Below, piece by piece: positions 42,089-55,456 of a DNA stretch of 64,000 bases. Each line of letters begins with the position of its first letter. Positions within the stretch are counted from its first letter, which is position 1. The DNA is from an uncultured Gemmatimonadales bacterium. Its GTDB lineage: Bacteria > Gemmatimonadota > Gemmatimonadetes > Gemmatimonadales > GWC2-71-9. The translations under genes were made by a program, and so were the position numbers. The stretch lies in the NCBI GenBank assembly GCA_963711915.1, contig CAVQGA010000016.1:2143-66142 (forward strand). Reading direction: 5' to 3'. A model generated the notes under the pieces. It ran no database searches. It saw only the letters and a list, made by a program, of their open reading frames with translations, and was not told the origin of the DNA.

Positions 42089-43013
42089 GACGCGGAGTCG
42101 CCGCCGCCACGCCCTGGCTGGTGGTGGCCGCGGGGCTCGCCGGATGCGGCGGGCGCGGCGGGCATGAGTCCCGCGGCGATCAGGCCTACGGCCAGGCCCG
42201 CTACCCAGAAGCGCTCGCCGAATATCGGGTCGCGGCGCGGGACAAGGCATCCGCCACCGTCTGGGCCAAGCTCGGGGCCGCCGCCCTGCACGCCGGAGAG
42301 CTGCGGGAGAGCGCCGAGGCCTACCTCCGGCTGGCCCAGCGAAGACCGGACCCGGGCGGACGAAGCGGGCGAAGGGCTGGATGGGGTGGCACGCGCGGCC
42401 GAGCGGGCCGGCAACCTGGATGTGCTCGCGGGAGGTGGTGACCGGGCTGACCGCGGTCGCCCCCGACCGCCCCACGGGCCGCTACGCCCTCTTGCTGGTG
42501 CAGCGCCCGGACGCGGACACCGCCGACCTGGTGGCCATGCTCCCGGGCGCCATCGCGGCGGCCTCGGCGCCGGAGACCGTGGATTCGCTGCTCACGGTGT
42601 ACGGCCGCGCGCTCGAGGCCACGGCCGGCTGCGGGCAGGCGCTGCTCCAGTTCCGGGCAGTGCTGCGGCGAAGCCAGGACTCCGCCGCGCGCGGCCCGGC
42701 CCGCCGTGGAGTCGCCGACTGCGCGTACATGCTCGGCTCCCGCGCCGATTCCGCCGGGAGGGCCGAGGACGCGGCGCTCTGGTTCGCGGAGTCGGCCCGG
42801 ATGGATTCGACCACACCGACGGGCCGGCGCGCGCTGCTCCGCTACGCCGACGCCCGGCTGTCCCAGGGCGATACCCTGGCGGCCGCGCTGGCCTTTCAGG
42901 CCGTGGTCACCAGCGGCGTCGCCGACTCCATGGGCGAGGCCGCCGCCGGCCATCTGGCCGGGCTGGGCATGTCAACTTCCGCGGGCGACTCCGCCCGCAC
43001 TGGACCGCGATGA
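42085..43013 (+). pseudogene. lipoprotein of unknown function; the reading frame changes twice (about 42338 and 42425)
   Basis: GTG 42085 (GTGA overlap) gives VRRGVAAATPWLVVAAGLAGCGG.. (lipobox). The protein-like sequence continues in a second frame (EDRTRADEAGEGLDGVARAAERAGNLDVL), then a third (EVVTGLTAVAPDRPTGRYALLLVQ..), and ends in an ATGA overlap with bamD. Confidence 0.5.
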
Positions 43014-43801
43014 TTCGTCGAAGTCTGTGGGTGGTGCTGCTCGGGCCTGGGCGCGTGCGGTGGGGCTCGGCGCAGGCCCCCGTCGCCTCTCCGACGCCGG
43101 TATCCCGGCTCTCGGAGTCGGCCAGCGCCGGCGAGCTCGACACCCTGTGGCGGCGCGCGCAGCACGCCGTCCGCCACGGCAAGTGGGGCGACGCGGTCAA
43201 GCATCTCGACCGCGCGCTGCTCGAGTTCCCACCCGGCGATCCGCGGGCGGCGCAGGCGCAGTTCTGGGAGGCCGAGGCCCAGTTCGCGCTGGGAAGCCAT
43301 CTCCAGGCCGCCCGCGCGTTCCGGAAGGTGTCCGACGACACCCCCAACGACCCGCTCGCGCCCGACGCGCTGCTCCGAGCCGGCGACGTGTACGCCGATC
43401 TCTGGCGGAAGCCCGAGCTCGATCCCTCCTACGGCCAGACGGCGCTCGCCACCTACCAGGAGCTGCTCAACCGCTATCCCGGGACGCCGGCGGCCAAGCG
43501 AGCCCAGACGCGGATCGACGATCTGCAGGAGCGGTTCGCGTACAAGGAGTACAAGGCCGCGCTCTACTACATCCGGCTGAAGGCGTTCGACTCGGCGATC
43601 CTGTACCTCAAGGATCTGGTCGCCACGTATCCCCGGAGCGCCGTGGCGCCGGACGCGCTGATCCGCCTGGTGCAGGCGTACCGGACGCTGGGATACAAGG
43701 AGGACGTCCAGGAGACCTGCGGGTACATCCGCCGATTCCATCCCAAGGCGCCCGGGGTGGGCCGACGGGCGCTGTCCCGAGCGAGCGCGGCGGCATCGTG
43801 A
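43010..43801 (+). CDS. bamD: outer-membrane protein assembly factor BamD (YfiO/ComL family)
   Basis: TPR-like content with the YRKAAxYY-type motif (FAYKEYKAALYYIRLKAFDSAILYLKDLVATYPRS). A lipobox (LGLGAC) is visible only in an alternative frame at about 43040-43060. Confidence 0.7.
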   Translation: MIRRSLWVVLLGPGRVRWGSAQAPVASPTPVSRLSESASAGELDTLWRRAQHAVRHGKWGDAVKHLDRALLEFPPGDPRAAQAQFWEAEAQFALGSHLQAARAFRKVSDDTPNDPLAPDALLRAGDVYADLWRKPELDPSYGQTALATYQELLNRYPGTPAAKRAQTRIDDLQERFAYKEYKAALYYIRLKAFDSAILYLKDLVATYPRSAVAPDALIRLVQAYRTLGYKEDVQETCGYIRRFHPKAPGVGRRALSRASAAAS

Positions 43802-43807
43802 GGCGCC

Positions 43808-44428
43808 GTGGTGGATCCCGCCGATCGACCGCTCCGGCCACGTTCCGTGCGCTCCATCGGCCTCTTCGGCGGCTCGTTCGATCCCGTCCATCACGGCCAC
43901 CTGATCGCCGGCCGGGTCGCGGCCGAAGTCGCTCGGACTGGACGAGCTCCGCTTCGTCCCCGCGCGGGAGCAGCCGTTCAAGCGGGGACGGCACGCTGCG
44001 TCGGCGGCCGATCGCGCGGCCATGCTCGATCTGGCGATTGCCGGGAATGCCGGGCTTTGCGGTCGAGCGCGCTCGAGCTCAAGCGCCCGGGCCCCTCCTA
44101 CACCGTGGATACGCTGCTGGCGCTCCGGGCCGGCGAGCCCGGAGGCGGCGCTCACGCTGCTGCTCGGAGCCGATGCCGCCGCCGAGCTCGGCGCCTGGCA
44201 CCGGGCCGGGGAGCTTCCGGGGCTGGCGCGCATCGTGGTCTTCGCGCGCCCGGGCGCGCCGACCTGCCCAGCTCGCCCCTGATTGCCGGCACCGTCTCGG
44301 TCCCCGCCCTCGAGATCTCGGCCACGGAGATCCGCCGCCGGGTCCGCGACGGGCCGGCCGATCCGCTATTGGGTACCCGACGCCGTGGCCGAGTACGTGG
44401 CCCGGCACCGCTTATATTTGGACCCAGA

Positions 44429-44432
<4 letters not shown>
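43808..44432 (+). pseudogene. nadD: nicotinate-nucleotide adenylyltransferase; at least 6 apparent frame changes
   Basis: [83 protein letters not shown] and [19 protein letters not shown] are all present but spread over alternating frames. Confidence 0.75.
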
Positions 44433-47616
<3,184 letters not shown>

Positions 47617-47624
47617 GGACCTCG

Positions 47625-48167
47625 CTACTGCTTGATGGTGAACTGATAACAGTCGCTCGCCAACACCACCACCGACTCCGTCGCCGCGTCAACCACCCGA
47701 AAATGAATGTCGAACTTCGCTCCGACCGGGAACGCCGCGACGTTCCTGAAGAGATCCTCGCGCGCCGTCCCGGACGCGCCCGTGTGGAGCGCCTGTGGGA
47801 CGAGGTCCTTGCCCAGGGTGAGCCACGCCGCGCTGCTGCACACCCCATCGAGCTCGGTATCGACCGCCCGCTGGAGTACGAAGCTCGAGTTCGGCGCGAG
47901 ATCCCGCACCCAGGTTCCCAACTCAATGATGAGCAGGTCGTCCTTGGGCTGGCGGAACTTGACGTGGCCGAAGCCGCGGTCGCCCGTGGGGCTGCGGAGA
48001 ATGACTTCCAGATTGAACTGCGGTTCGGCGGGGGCCTGAGCGACGGCGGGTGAAAGCGTGACCGGGACCGAGCTGCCCGGTTGCATGAGACCGGGATCGG
48101 GATCCGCGCAGGCGGCGAGCAGGATGCTGCCCGCGAACGCGCGGGCGATCATGGGGTGAATGTACAT
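47625..48167 (-). CDS. lipoprotein of unknown function (180 aa)
   Basis: GGAGGA RBS then ATG 48167. [20 protein letters not shown] lipobox. The sequence is beta-rich. Confidence 0.65.
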   Translation of the reverse strand: MYIHPMIARAFAGSILLAACADPDPGLMQPGSSVPVTLSPAVAQAPAEPQFNLEVILRSPTGDRGFGHVKFRQPKDDLLIIELGTWVRDLAPNSSFVLQRAVDTELDGVCSSAAWLTLGKDLVPQALHTGASGTAREDLFRNVAAFPVGAKFDIHFRVVDAATESVVVLASDCYQFTIKQ

Positions 48168-48208
48168 GACTCCTCCAGTCGGGTGAGGTGAACCTACGGG
48201 ACAACGCA

Positions 48209-48709
48209 TCAACACTTCAGCCGCAGCTGGTCCACCAACGACGTCACCCGTCCGTTGGCGTCGACGGTGATGTGAACCACTCCCGTCATCACCTCGTTCG
48301 GCGCCGACCCCTGCCCGATGAGCGAGAACATGTCGGTTCTCGTTTGCTCATTGCCAAGCGTCGTAGCCGGTGAGTTCAGGGTGAAGTTGACTCTCTGATG
48401 CACGACATACTGCGCACCTGTCGTCTCGCTGGTGCCCTTCGCCTCGATATTGTAGTGGACCATGAGGTGGAACCCACCCCTGCCGTCGGAAGTAACGGCA
48501 GTGACCGGGTGATAGGTGCCGGTGACAGCGATATCCTCGCCCCCGCAGTCCGAGTGGGCGATACCGTCCACGGGAATCCTTTCGTTGTCCTCGATTGCAA
48601 GGCTCGGGTTCTCCGTACGGGCCCGCGTCTCCGCGGGTCCCGTGGTCTGATCGCAGCCGGACAGGGAAGCGGCAGCCAGCATGGCCAGGCCCATCGCTCT
48701 ACGTCGCAT
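48209..48709 (-). CDS. lipoprotein of unknown function (166 aa)
   Basis: AGGAGG RBS then ATG 48709. MRRRAMGLAMLAAASLSGC lipobox. Confidence 0.7.
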   Translation of the reverse strand: MRRRAMGLAMLAAASLSGCDQTTGPAETRARTENPSLAIEDNERIPVDGIAHSDCGGEDIAVTGTYHPVTAVTSDGRGGFHLMVHYNIEAKGTSETTGAQYVVHQRVNFTLNSPATTLGNEQTRTDMFSLIGQGSAPNEVMTGVVHITVDANGRVTSLVDQLRLKC

Positions 48710-48835
48710 ACAACCTCCTGATCGGAAAGTGGAAGGGGTGGCCCGGGTTGCCGCCGGCCGGCCAGCCTCCTTGTGTGCCGGGGGCTGGAGCGTACCTTTG
48801 TGCACCTTGCCACTGCGGCTCACCCTAGCCACGGC

Positions 48836-48863
48836 GTGTGACTCAGGTGTGAGCCGGCTGTGA
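48836..48863 (+). promoter_or_regulatory. three direct hexamer repeats at exact 11-bp spacing (GTGTGA 48836, GTGTGA 48847, CTGTGA 48858). Candidate binding site for an OmpR/SARP-type regulator in a divergent promoter region.
   Basis: Read directly from the sequence. The second repeat sits 17 bp upstream of a -10-like GACAAT (48870-48875). A 7-bp inverted repeat, CCGGCTG..CAGCCGG, overlaps at 48854-48882. Confidence 0.35.
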
Positions 48864-48905
48864 TCCGGCGACAATCAGCCGGTTTCGCTCCCCGCGGTGC
48901 TCCCC

Positions 48906-51853
48906 ATGATCGAGCTTCGGACACTCGGAGCGTTGGACCTCAAGGCCTCGGATGGCACACACTTAGGCTCGTCCTCGTCCAGCCGAAGCGTCTGTCGCTC
49001 CTGGTCTACCTCGCCCTTCGCAACGGTAGGGAATTCGCTTCCCGCGACACCCTCCTGGCGCTCTTCTGGCCCGAACTCGATGACCAGCACGCGCGCGGCG
49101 CGCTCCGCCAGGCGTTGCGATTCCTCCGACGTTCGCTGGGCGAGTCCGTCGTCGTTCGTCGCGGCGAGGGGGAAATCGGTCTCTGGCAGCAGGAATTCTG
49201 GTGCGACGCGGTCGCGTTCGACCGGGCCTGTGACGCGGGTGAGACCGCGGATGCCGCTGGTCTTTACCGGGGAGATTTTCTGGACGGGTTTCACGCGTCC
49301 GAGGTCGCGCCCGAGTTCGACTTCTGGCTGGAGACGGAACGAACGCGGCTGAGGGGCCGAGCCGCGCAGGTGGCATGGGCGATCGCCGAGCGGCACCAGG
49401 CCGGCGCCGATCCCCGCCTCGCCGTCGAGTGGGCGCGCCGAGCCACCGGCCTGTGCCCGGACGACGAGGACGCGCAACGTCGCCTGATCACCATGCTCGG
49501 CCAGGCGGGTGACCGCGCCGGCGCGGTGCGCGTCTACCAGCAGTTCTCCCGCCGGCTGGAGCAGGAATTCGGCGTCGAGCCGACCGCTGCTACCCGGAGC
49601 CTGATCGGCAGCCTGCGCGCGCGCGACCCGGTGGAGCTGGTGACGGCTTCGCTGCCGCCGCCCTCGCCTCCGCCGGTCACCACCGCGCCGCGCGGGCCGA
49701 GGCCGGATCTGCTCCGGTGGCTGGGCAAGCGCTTCCGGAGCGCGCGCCGAGCGGGCGGCCTCCGCGGATAGCTCCTGCGCGGATAGCTGTGGTCGCCGCG
49801 GTCCTCACGGCCGCCCTCCTCGCGGCATGGAGCTGGTGGCCCCGTGCCACCGCGGACCTCGATCCGGATCTGGTCGCAGTGTTCCCCTTCCGCATCAGCC
49901 CGACCGACTCGGGGCTGGGGCTCCTGCGGGAAGGCATGGTCGATCTCCTCGCGACCCGACTCTCGGGTGAGGGAAGCGCGCGCGCCGTGGATCCCCGGAC
50001 CGCAATCGCCGCGTGGCGCGCGGCCGGCGGCGCGGTCGATCACGATCTCCGGCGGAGTACCGCGCTCCGCATCGCCGGCCGACTCGGCGCGGCCCGACTG
50101 CTCACGGGAGAGGTTGCGCGCTCGGGAAGCGGACTGCTGATGATCACGGCCTCGCTGTTTAGTGCCGGGCAGTGGCAGCGCAGCGCTCGGGCAAGCGTCC
50201 AGGGGCCGCTCGACAGCCTCACGCAACTGGTCGATCAGCTCGCTGCGAGGCTACTGGTACTCGAGGCTGGGCAGCCCTATCAGCGGCTCGCCGTCGCCAC
50301 CACGGCGCGGCTGCCCGCGCTGCAGTCGTACCTGGAGGGCTGGCAGTCCTACCGCCGGGGCCGCTACTCCGCGGCCATGGCGGAATTCCAGCGAGCCGTG
50401 GACCTCGATCCGGGGTTCGCGTTGGCCGGGCTGGGCCTGGCGACGGCGGCGAGCTGGACCCATGCTGCCGACGTGCACGCCCGTGGGCTCAGCCTGGCCT
50501 GGCTGGGCCGCGAGCGCCTGAGCGGCCGTGACCGCGCGTTGCTGACGGCGTACGCCGGACCGCGTTATCCCCGGACCTCGCAGCTGGGTCGAGGTGCTCG
50601 CGGCATGGGAGCTGGCCACGGCCGTGGCGCCCGATCAGCCGGAGGCGTGGTACGAGTTGGGGGACCTGCTCTTCCATGTGGGCCCGCAGATCGGCGTGGC
50701 CGGAGCCCACCGGCGCGCCGCGGAGGCGTTCCGCCGCGCGGTGGAGCTGGACTCGAGCTACGCCGGGCCGCTGGTGCATCTGGTGGACCTCAGTGCGCTG
50801 GCCGGCGACACCGCGGGCCTCCGCCGGTACGGCGCGCTCTACCTCGCGGCCGATTCCTCCGCGGTCGCCGCCGATTTCGTGCGCTGGCGCGTCGCGGTCG
50901 GGATGGGTGACCGTGACGACTTGCGCAACCTGCGTGGCCGATTCGACAAAATGAATACGGAGAGCCTCCGGCGAATACTCGGCACCATGCAGCTCGACGC
51001 GATCGGGTGGGAAGACGTCGACCGGGTGGCCGACGCGCTGCGACGCAATCCGGGAGAGTCGATCGCCCGCGTGGAGGCGATCTTCATGCTGCGCAATCTG
51101 GCACTGAATCGGGGACACCCGCATGCGGCGGACATGCTGGCGCAGCAGATGGACCCGGACCACGCGGAGCCTGGCTGGATGCGGATCGAAGACGCCCTCT
51201 TCAGCGACGGCGACAGCGCCGTCGCGGCAGCGGCCGCACGGGAACTCGAGCCCTCTGTCGACGCGCTGACCGGCCGGGCGGTCGTGGGCAGCGGGGAACG
51301 GGCGGTCGAGATCTGCGTCGTGAACCTCTGGCGACTGACGCGCGGAGAGGGTCGAGGGGTGGCGAACGCGATTTCCGCCCTGCGTTCGAGCGCATCGCGG
51401 TCACTCGCCCCCGGCCTCGCGGCGCGAGCGACGCTCTGCGCCGCGCTCCTCGACGCGATGCTGGCGTCAGCGGACGACCGTGCAGACGCGGGCGTCGCCC
51501 TGAATCGCGTCGACTCGATGGAGCTCGCCGTACCTCACCTCACCGGCGGCGACTATGTCGCCCGAAGCCTGCTCCTGGCCCCGCTGCGCGCGGCGCGAGG
51601 CGATCGGGCCGGTGCGCTCGCGGCGGTCCGCCGCCGAGGATATTCATGGCTCATGACTCGATATCTCTCCTCCTACCTCCTGGAAGAGGGCCGCCTCGCC
51701 GCGCTCACCGGCGACCGGGCGGCCGCGATCCGCGCGTATCAGCGGTACCTGGTCCTGCGCTCCGATCCGGAGCCGGCGCTTCGGGGGCAGGCCGACAGCG
51801 TCCGGGTCGCGTTGCGGGAGTTGGAGCGTGGGTCGCCCGCGGGAGTGCACTAG
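48906..51853 (+). pseudogene. membrane-anchored transcriptional regulator with a winged-helix DNA-binding domain, a BTAD (SARP-type), one TM helix and an extracytoplasmic TPR sensor region. It has 3 apparent frame changes (about 48955, 49700-49757 and 50580).
   Basis: MIELRTLGALDLKASDG | ..LRLVLVQPKRLSLLVYLAL..DAVAFD..BTAD (YRGDFLDGF..ERTRLR..) | RIAVVAAVLTAALLAAWSWW (TM), LDPDLVAVFPF.. | WVEVLAAWELATAVAPDQPEAWYELG... Confidence 0.7.
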
Positions 51854-52110
51854 GGGCGGGCGAGGACCAGCGACGAAGTTCACCCGCAGCTGTTCGGCAG
51901 GGCTGGGTGGTCCTGGTGCTCCGCTCGGACCGGGATCTCCGACTCAGAGCCAAGCTGGTCGACGAGCATGGGAGCTACCGGATGGAGGCAGCCAGTCCAG
52001 CCACTGAGCCGGTCCGACTCATGGACATTTCCAACCTCGGCCCGTATCGTGGTGCATCTCCGACGATAGTGATTCGACAGGGCTGAGGCCGCGACGAGCG
52101 CCCGCCCTCC

Positions 52111-55100
52111 ATGTCGTCGGGAGGGCGTCGCTTGGCTACCCCGCAGTACGGTTGTGCGCCTCCAGTTCCGGGCCCCCGCCGACGGGCTTCGAATCTCGCC
52201 CGGCAGGGCGCGGTTCTCTCGTGCCTGCTCTGCCTCTCCACCCGAATATTGAGCGGGCAATCCCCGACCGGCACCATCCAGGGACGGGTTCAGGACCAGG
52301 CCGGCAGTCCGCTCGCCGAGGCCCAGGTCTACATCGTCGGCTCCTCGTTCGGTGCACTGACGGATCCCCGCGGACATTACTTCGTCAACAACGTTCCGGC
52401 CGGACCCGCGACGGTCCGTGCGGCCTTCGTGGGCTACCGCCCCATCGAGGTTCGCGAGTCTCCGAGTACTTGCGGGCCAGACCATCACCCAGGACTTCAC
52501 CCTCGAGAGCAGCCCGCTCCGGCTGCAGGGGATCGAGGTCGTCGCGGCCGAGAATCCGCTGGTCCCCCGCGACGAGGTCACCACCAAGCAGCGGGTGCAG
52601 GGTGACTTTCTCGAGCGACTTCCGATCGACCGGGTGAACGATCTGCTGGTCCTGCAGCCCGGGGTCGTGGCGGGCCGCGGCCGTGGTCCGCTGGCGCTCT
52701 CCATCCGAGGGGGGCGGCCGGACGAGGTGGCCGTCTACCTGGACGGCGTGCCGGTGACGCCGGGCTATCGCGGGCTTGGGCTCGCCACGCCCAGCACCCA
52801 GATCAGCGTCGGCACGAACGCGATCGAGGAGGCCTCGATAACGACCGGCGCGCCGTCCGCCGAGTTCGGCAACGCGCAGTCGGGGGTGGTGTCACTGGTC
52901 ACCCGAACTGGAGGGATCAGGTACAACGGGGCCTTGAGCTACCAGACGGACGAACCTTCGGGGTGAATCATGGTCTCGGGTTCAACCGCATCGAGGCCAG
53001 CTTCGGCGGGCCGCTGGCCCGGCACCTCAAGTTCTTCGCGGCCGGCGTGCTCGAGGGCCAGCGGTCGGCTTCCGCGGGGCCGGCAGCGAGCAGGCTCCCC
53101 TGTTCGTCTCCGCTGGCCTGGATACCGTCGTCGCGGTGCCGCACGACAAGTCCCAGTTCTCGGACACGAGCTACGTGCCGGTTTACCGCTTGGCCGTCTA
53201 TCGCGGCGAGATGCGACGCAGTTCAGCCGGAGCGTCGACCCGGGGATCCGGTCGAACTACGGCATCCCCTGCCAGGGGATCCGCATCCCCTACACACCCG
53301 TCTCCACCTACGAGCTCGCGGCCAAGCTCGCCTATTCGTTCGGCACCGGCTCACGCGTGGGCCTGAGCTACCTGCGTAGCCAGACGCAGGAGCGCGGGCA
53401 GACGCCGGAGCACACGTTCGACTACGCGAACCTCTACAACACCGCATCACTGTTCGGTACCCGCGACTGGAGCGACGTCCTGACCCTGACCTGGACGCCC
53501 AACCTGGCGCGCTCGGCGGAGCGAGCGCTGGCGCTGGAGGTCTACCTCTCGTACCAGCAGAACCGGTCCATCAGCAGTCCGCTGACCCGGGAGAGCGAGC
53601 TGGCCACACGGGCCCCCTTCGGCGGGTACCTCTTCCGCCCCCTCGGCTTTCTGTTCGACTTCGACAACTTCCCGCTCGACCGCGAGCTGGTCGAGAACAT
53701 CCGGCCTCGATCGCCCCGGCAGCCGCCGCGACCCCTTATGACGTCGAGAACCCCATCCAGTTCAATCTGGTCGATCAATTCCGCAACAACGCCTATGGTC
53801 TTCCGGGTTGAACGAGGGCGGAGGCCCGGCCGGACGATTGCGGCTCTACCGGGAGAACCGCTACATCGCCAAGGCCAATCTCGATTGGCAGCTCGACCGC
53901 TACAACCGGCTGAAGCTCGGCGGAGAGGCCACCCGGTACTCGATCGGGCGCTACGAGTCCGAGCTGGCGGCGCTGGGCGACGCCTATCTCGAGCACCCGG
54001 AGCGCTGGAACGTGTTCGTGGAGGATCGGCTGGATCTGGGCGACGTGGTCCTGATCGGCGGGCTGCGCTACGACAGTTACGCCTCCCGGGCGAGCCGGCC
54101 CTTTCTGCTGGACACGGTACGGACCAGCGCCGACCTTCGGCCAGTACCTCAACTTCCGGGGGCGCCGATCTACGCGGCGGGCAGCACCGTTCGTCGACGG
54201 GAGGCCGCTGGTCATCTACCGGCCGGACCAGCGTCACAGCTACCTCAGCCCGCACGCCCAGGTGTCCTTTCCGGTCACCGACCGGACCAATCTGCGGTTC
54301 TCCTATGCCCACCAGGTGCAGGCCCCCGACTTTGCCGTGATGCTGGACGGGGTGAACCTCGGCGGGCTCGGCGCCGACCTCGGACTTCGGCAAGACCATC
54401 AGCTTCGAGTTCGGGGCGCGCCATGCGTTCAGCGACGACATGGTGCTCGACGTGGCGGTGTACAACCACGACAATCTCGCCCTCGCGTCTGCGCGCACCT
54501 TCCTGGTGGACGATCCCGTGCGGCAGCGAAAAAGCTCCCTGGTTCGGGTGACCAACGCCGACTTCGGGAATGCCCGCGGGGTGGACATGCGACTCGACCG
54601 GCGGTTCGGCAACTGGCTCGACGGCACGCTCAGCTACACCTACCAGCGCGCCAGGAGCACCGCCGCCGACCCGCTGGCCATCCAGGATCGCGGGGTCGCG
54701 GTGATCAAGGAGCTCGGCGGCATAGTGGGCCCTCCGCCCCAGGCGATCGTCGCGACGGCGGAGAGCCGGCCGCACGATTTCACCGCGGCCGTCGCCTTCA
54801 CGGTGCCGGGCGGATGGCGGAAGGGGAGCACGGTCGGGTCCGTCCTTGGCGGGCTCGGGCTCTTCGTTACGGCGCGCTACGCCAGCGGCACGCCGTACAC
54901 GCCGTGCCGCGAGGCGACAGAGAGCGGAGCATGTCGGCACGACGGCTCGGCGAACAGCGCACGCTTGCCCGCCTCCAGACAGTTCGACCTCCGGTTGACC
55001 AAGGGGTTCGGGCTGGGCCGGCTGGGGATCACCGCGTATCTGGATGCCCGGAACCTGTTCAACTTCACCAACGTGCTCCAGGTCTTCTCCGTCACGGGCA

Positions 55101-55456
55101 CTGCGGTCAATCCCGCCGATCATCAGGTGCGGTGGGCGGCGGACAGCACTTCCTTCGCCGGGGATGCACTGGCGTCGCCGGGGAGGCTCTATGGGGAGGA
55201 TGGATCGATTGACCTGCGGTTCGCGGGGCAGGTCGCCTCGGGGTGCAATGTCTGGATCACAGCCGGTGGCAGGCCGGCCGCGCCCGACTGCGTGTACCTG
55301 ATCCGCGCGGAGGAGCGATTCGGCGACGGAGACCACGTCTTCACACTCGCGGAGCAACACCGCGCGTCCGATGCATTCTATGCCGTGGAACGGGGGCCCT
55401 ACAACTTCACCGGGGATCCACGCCGGCTGAGGGTCGGCATCGAGGTGACATTCTGA
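52111..55456 (+). pseudogene. TonB-dependent receptor with N-terminal CarboxypepD_reg domain (SusC/RagA-like architecture); at least 8 apparent frame changes between about 52455 and 54375
   Basis: GTIQGRVQDQAGSPLAEAQVYIVGS..GHYFVNNVPAGP (CarboxypepD_reg); the plug domain (LQPGVV..LSIRGGRPDEVAVYLDGVPV..NAIEEASITTGAPSAEFGNAQSGVVSLVTRTG); and a beta-barrel ending ..RRLRVGIEVTF. The segments are distributed over all three frames. Confidence 0.8.

Noticed and set aside
51860-52110. A slightly lower-GC 250-bp stretch between the regulator and the receptor, with short ORFs on both strands (for example, ..AKLVDEHGSYRMEAASPATEPVRLMDISNLGPYRG..).
   Set aside because: No recognisable motif, start/RBS or repeat structure is present. 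It lies in the error-prone block. It cannot be supported as a gene or a mobile-element remnant.
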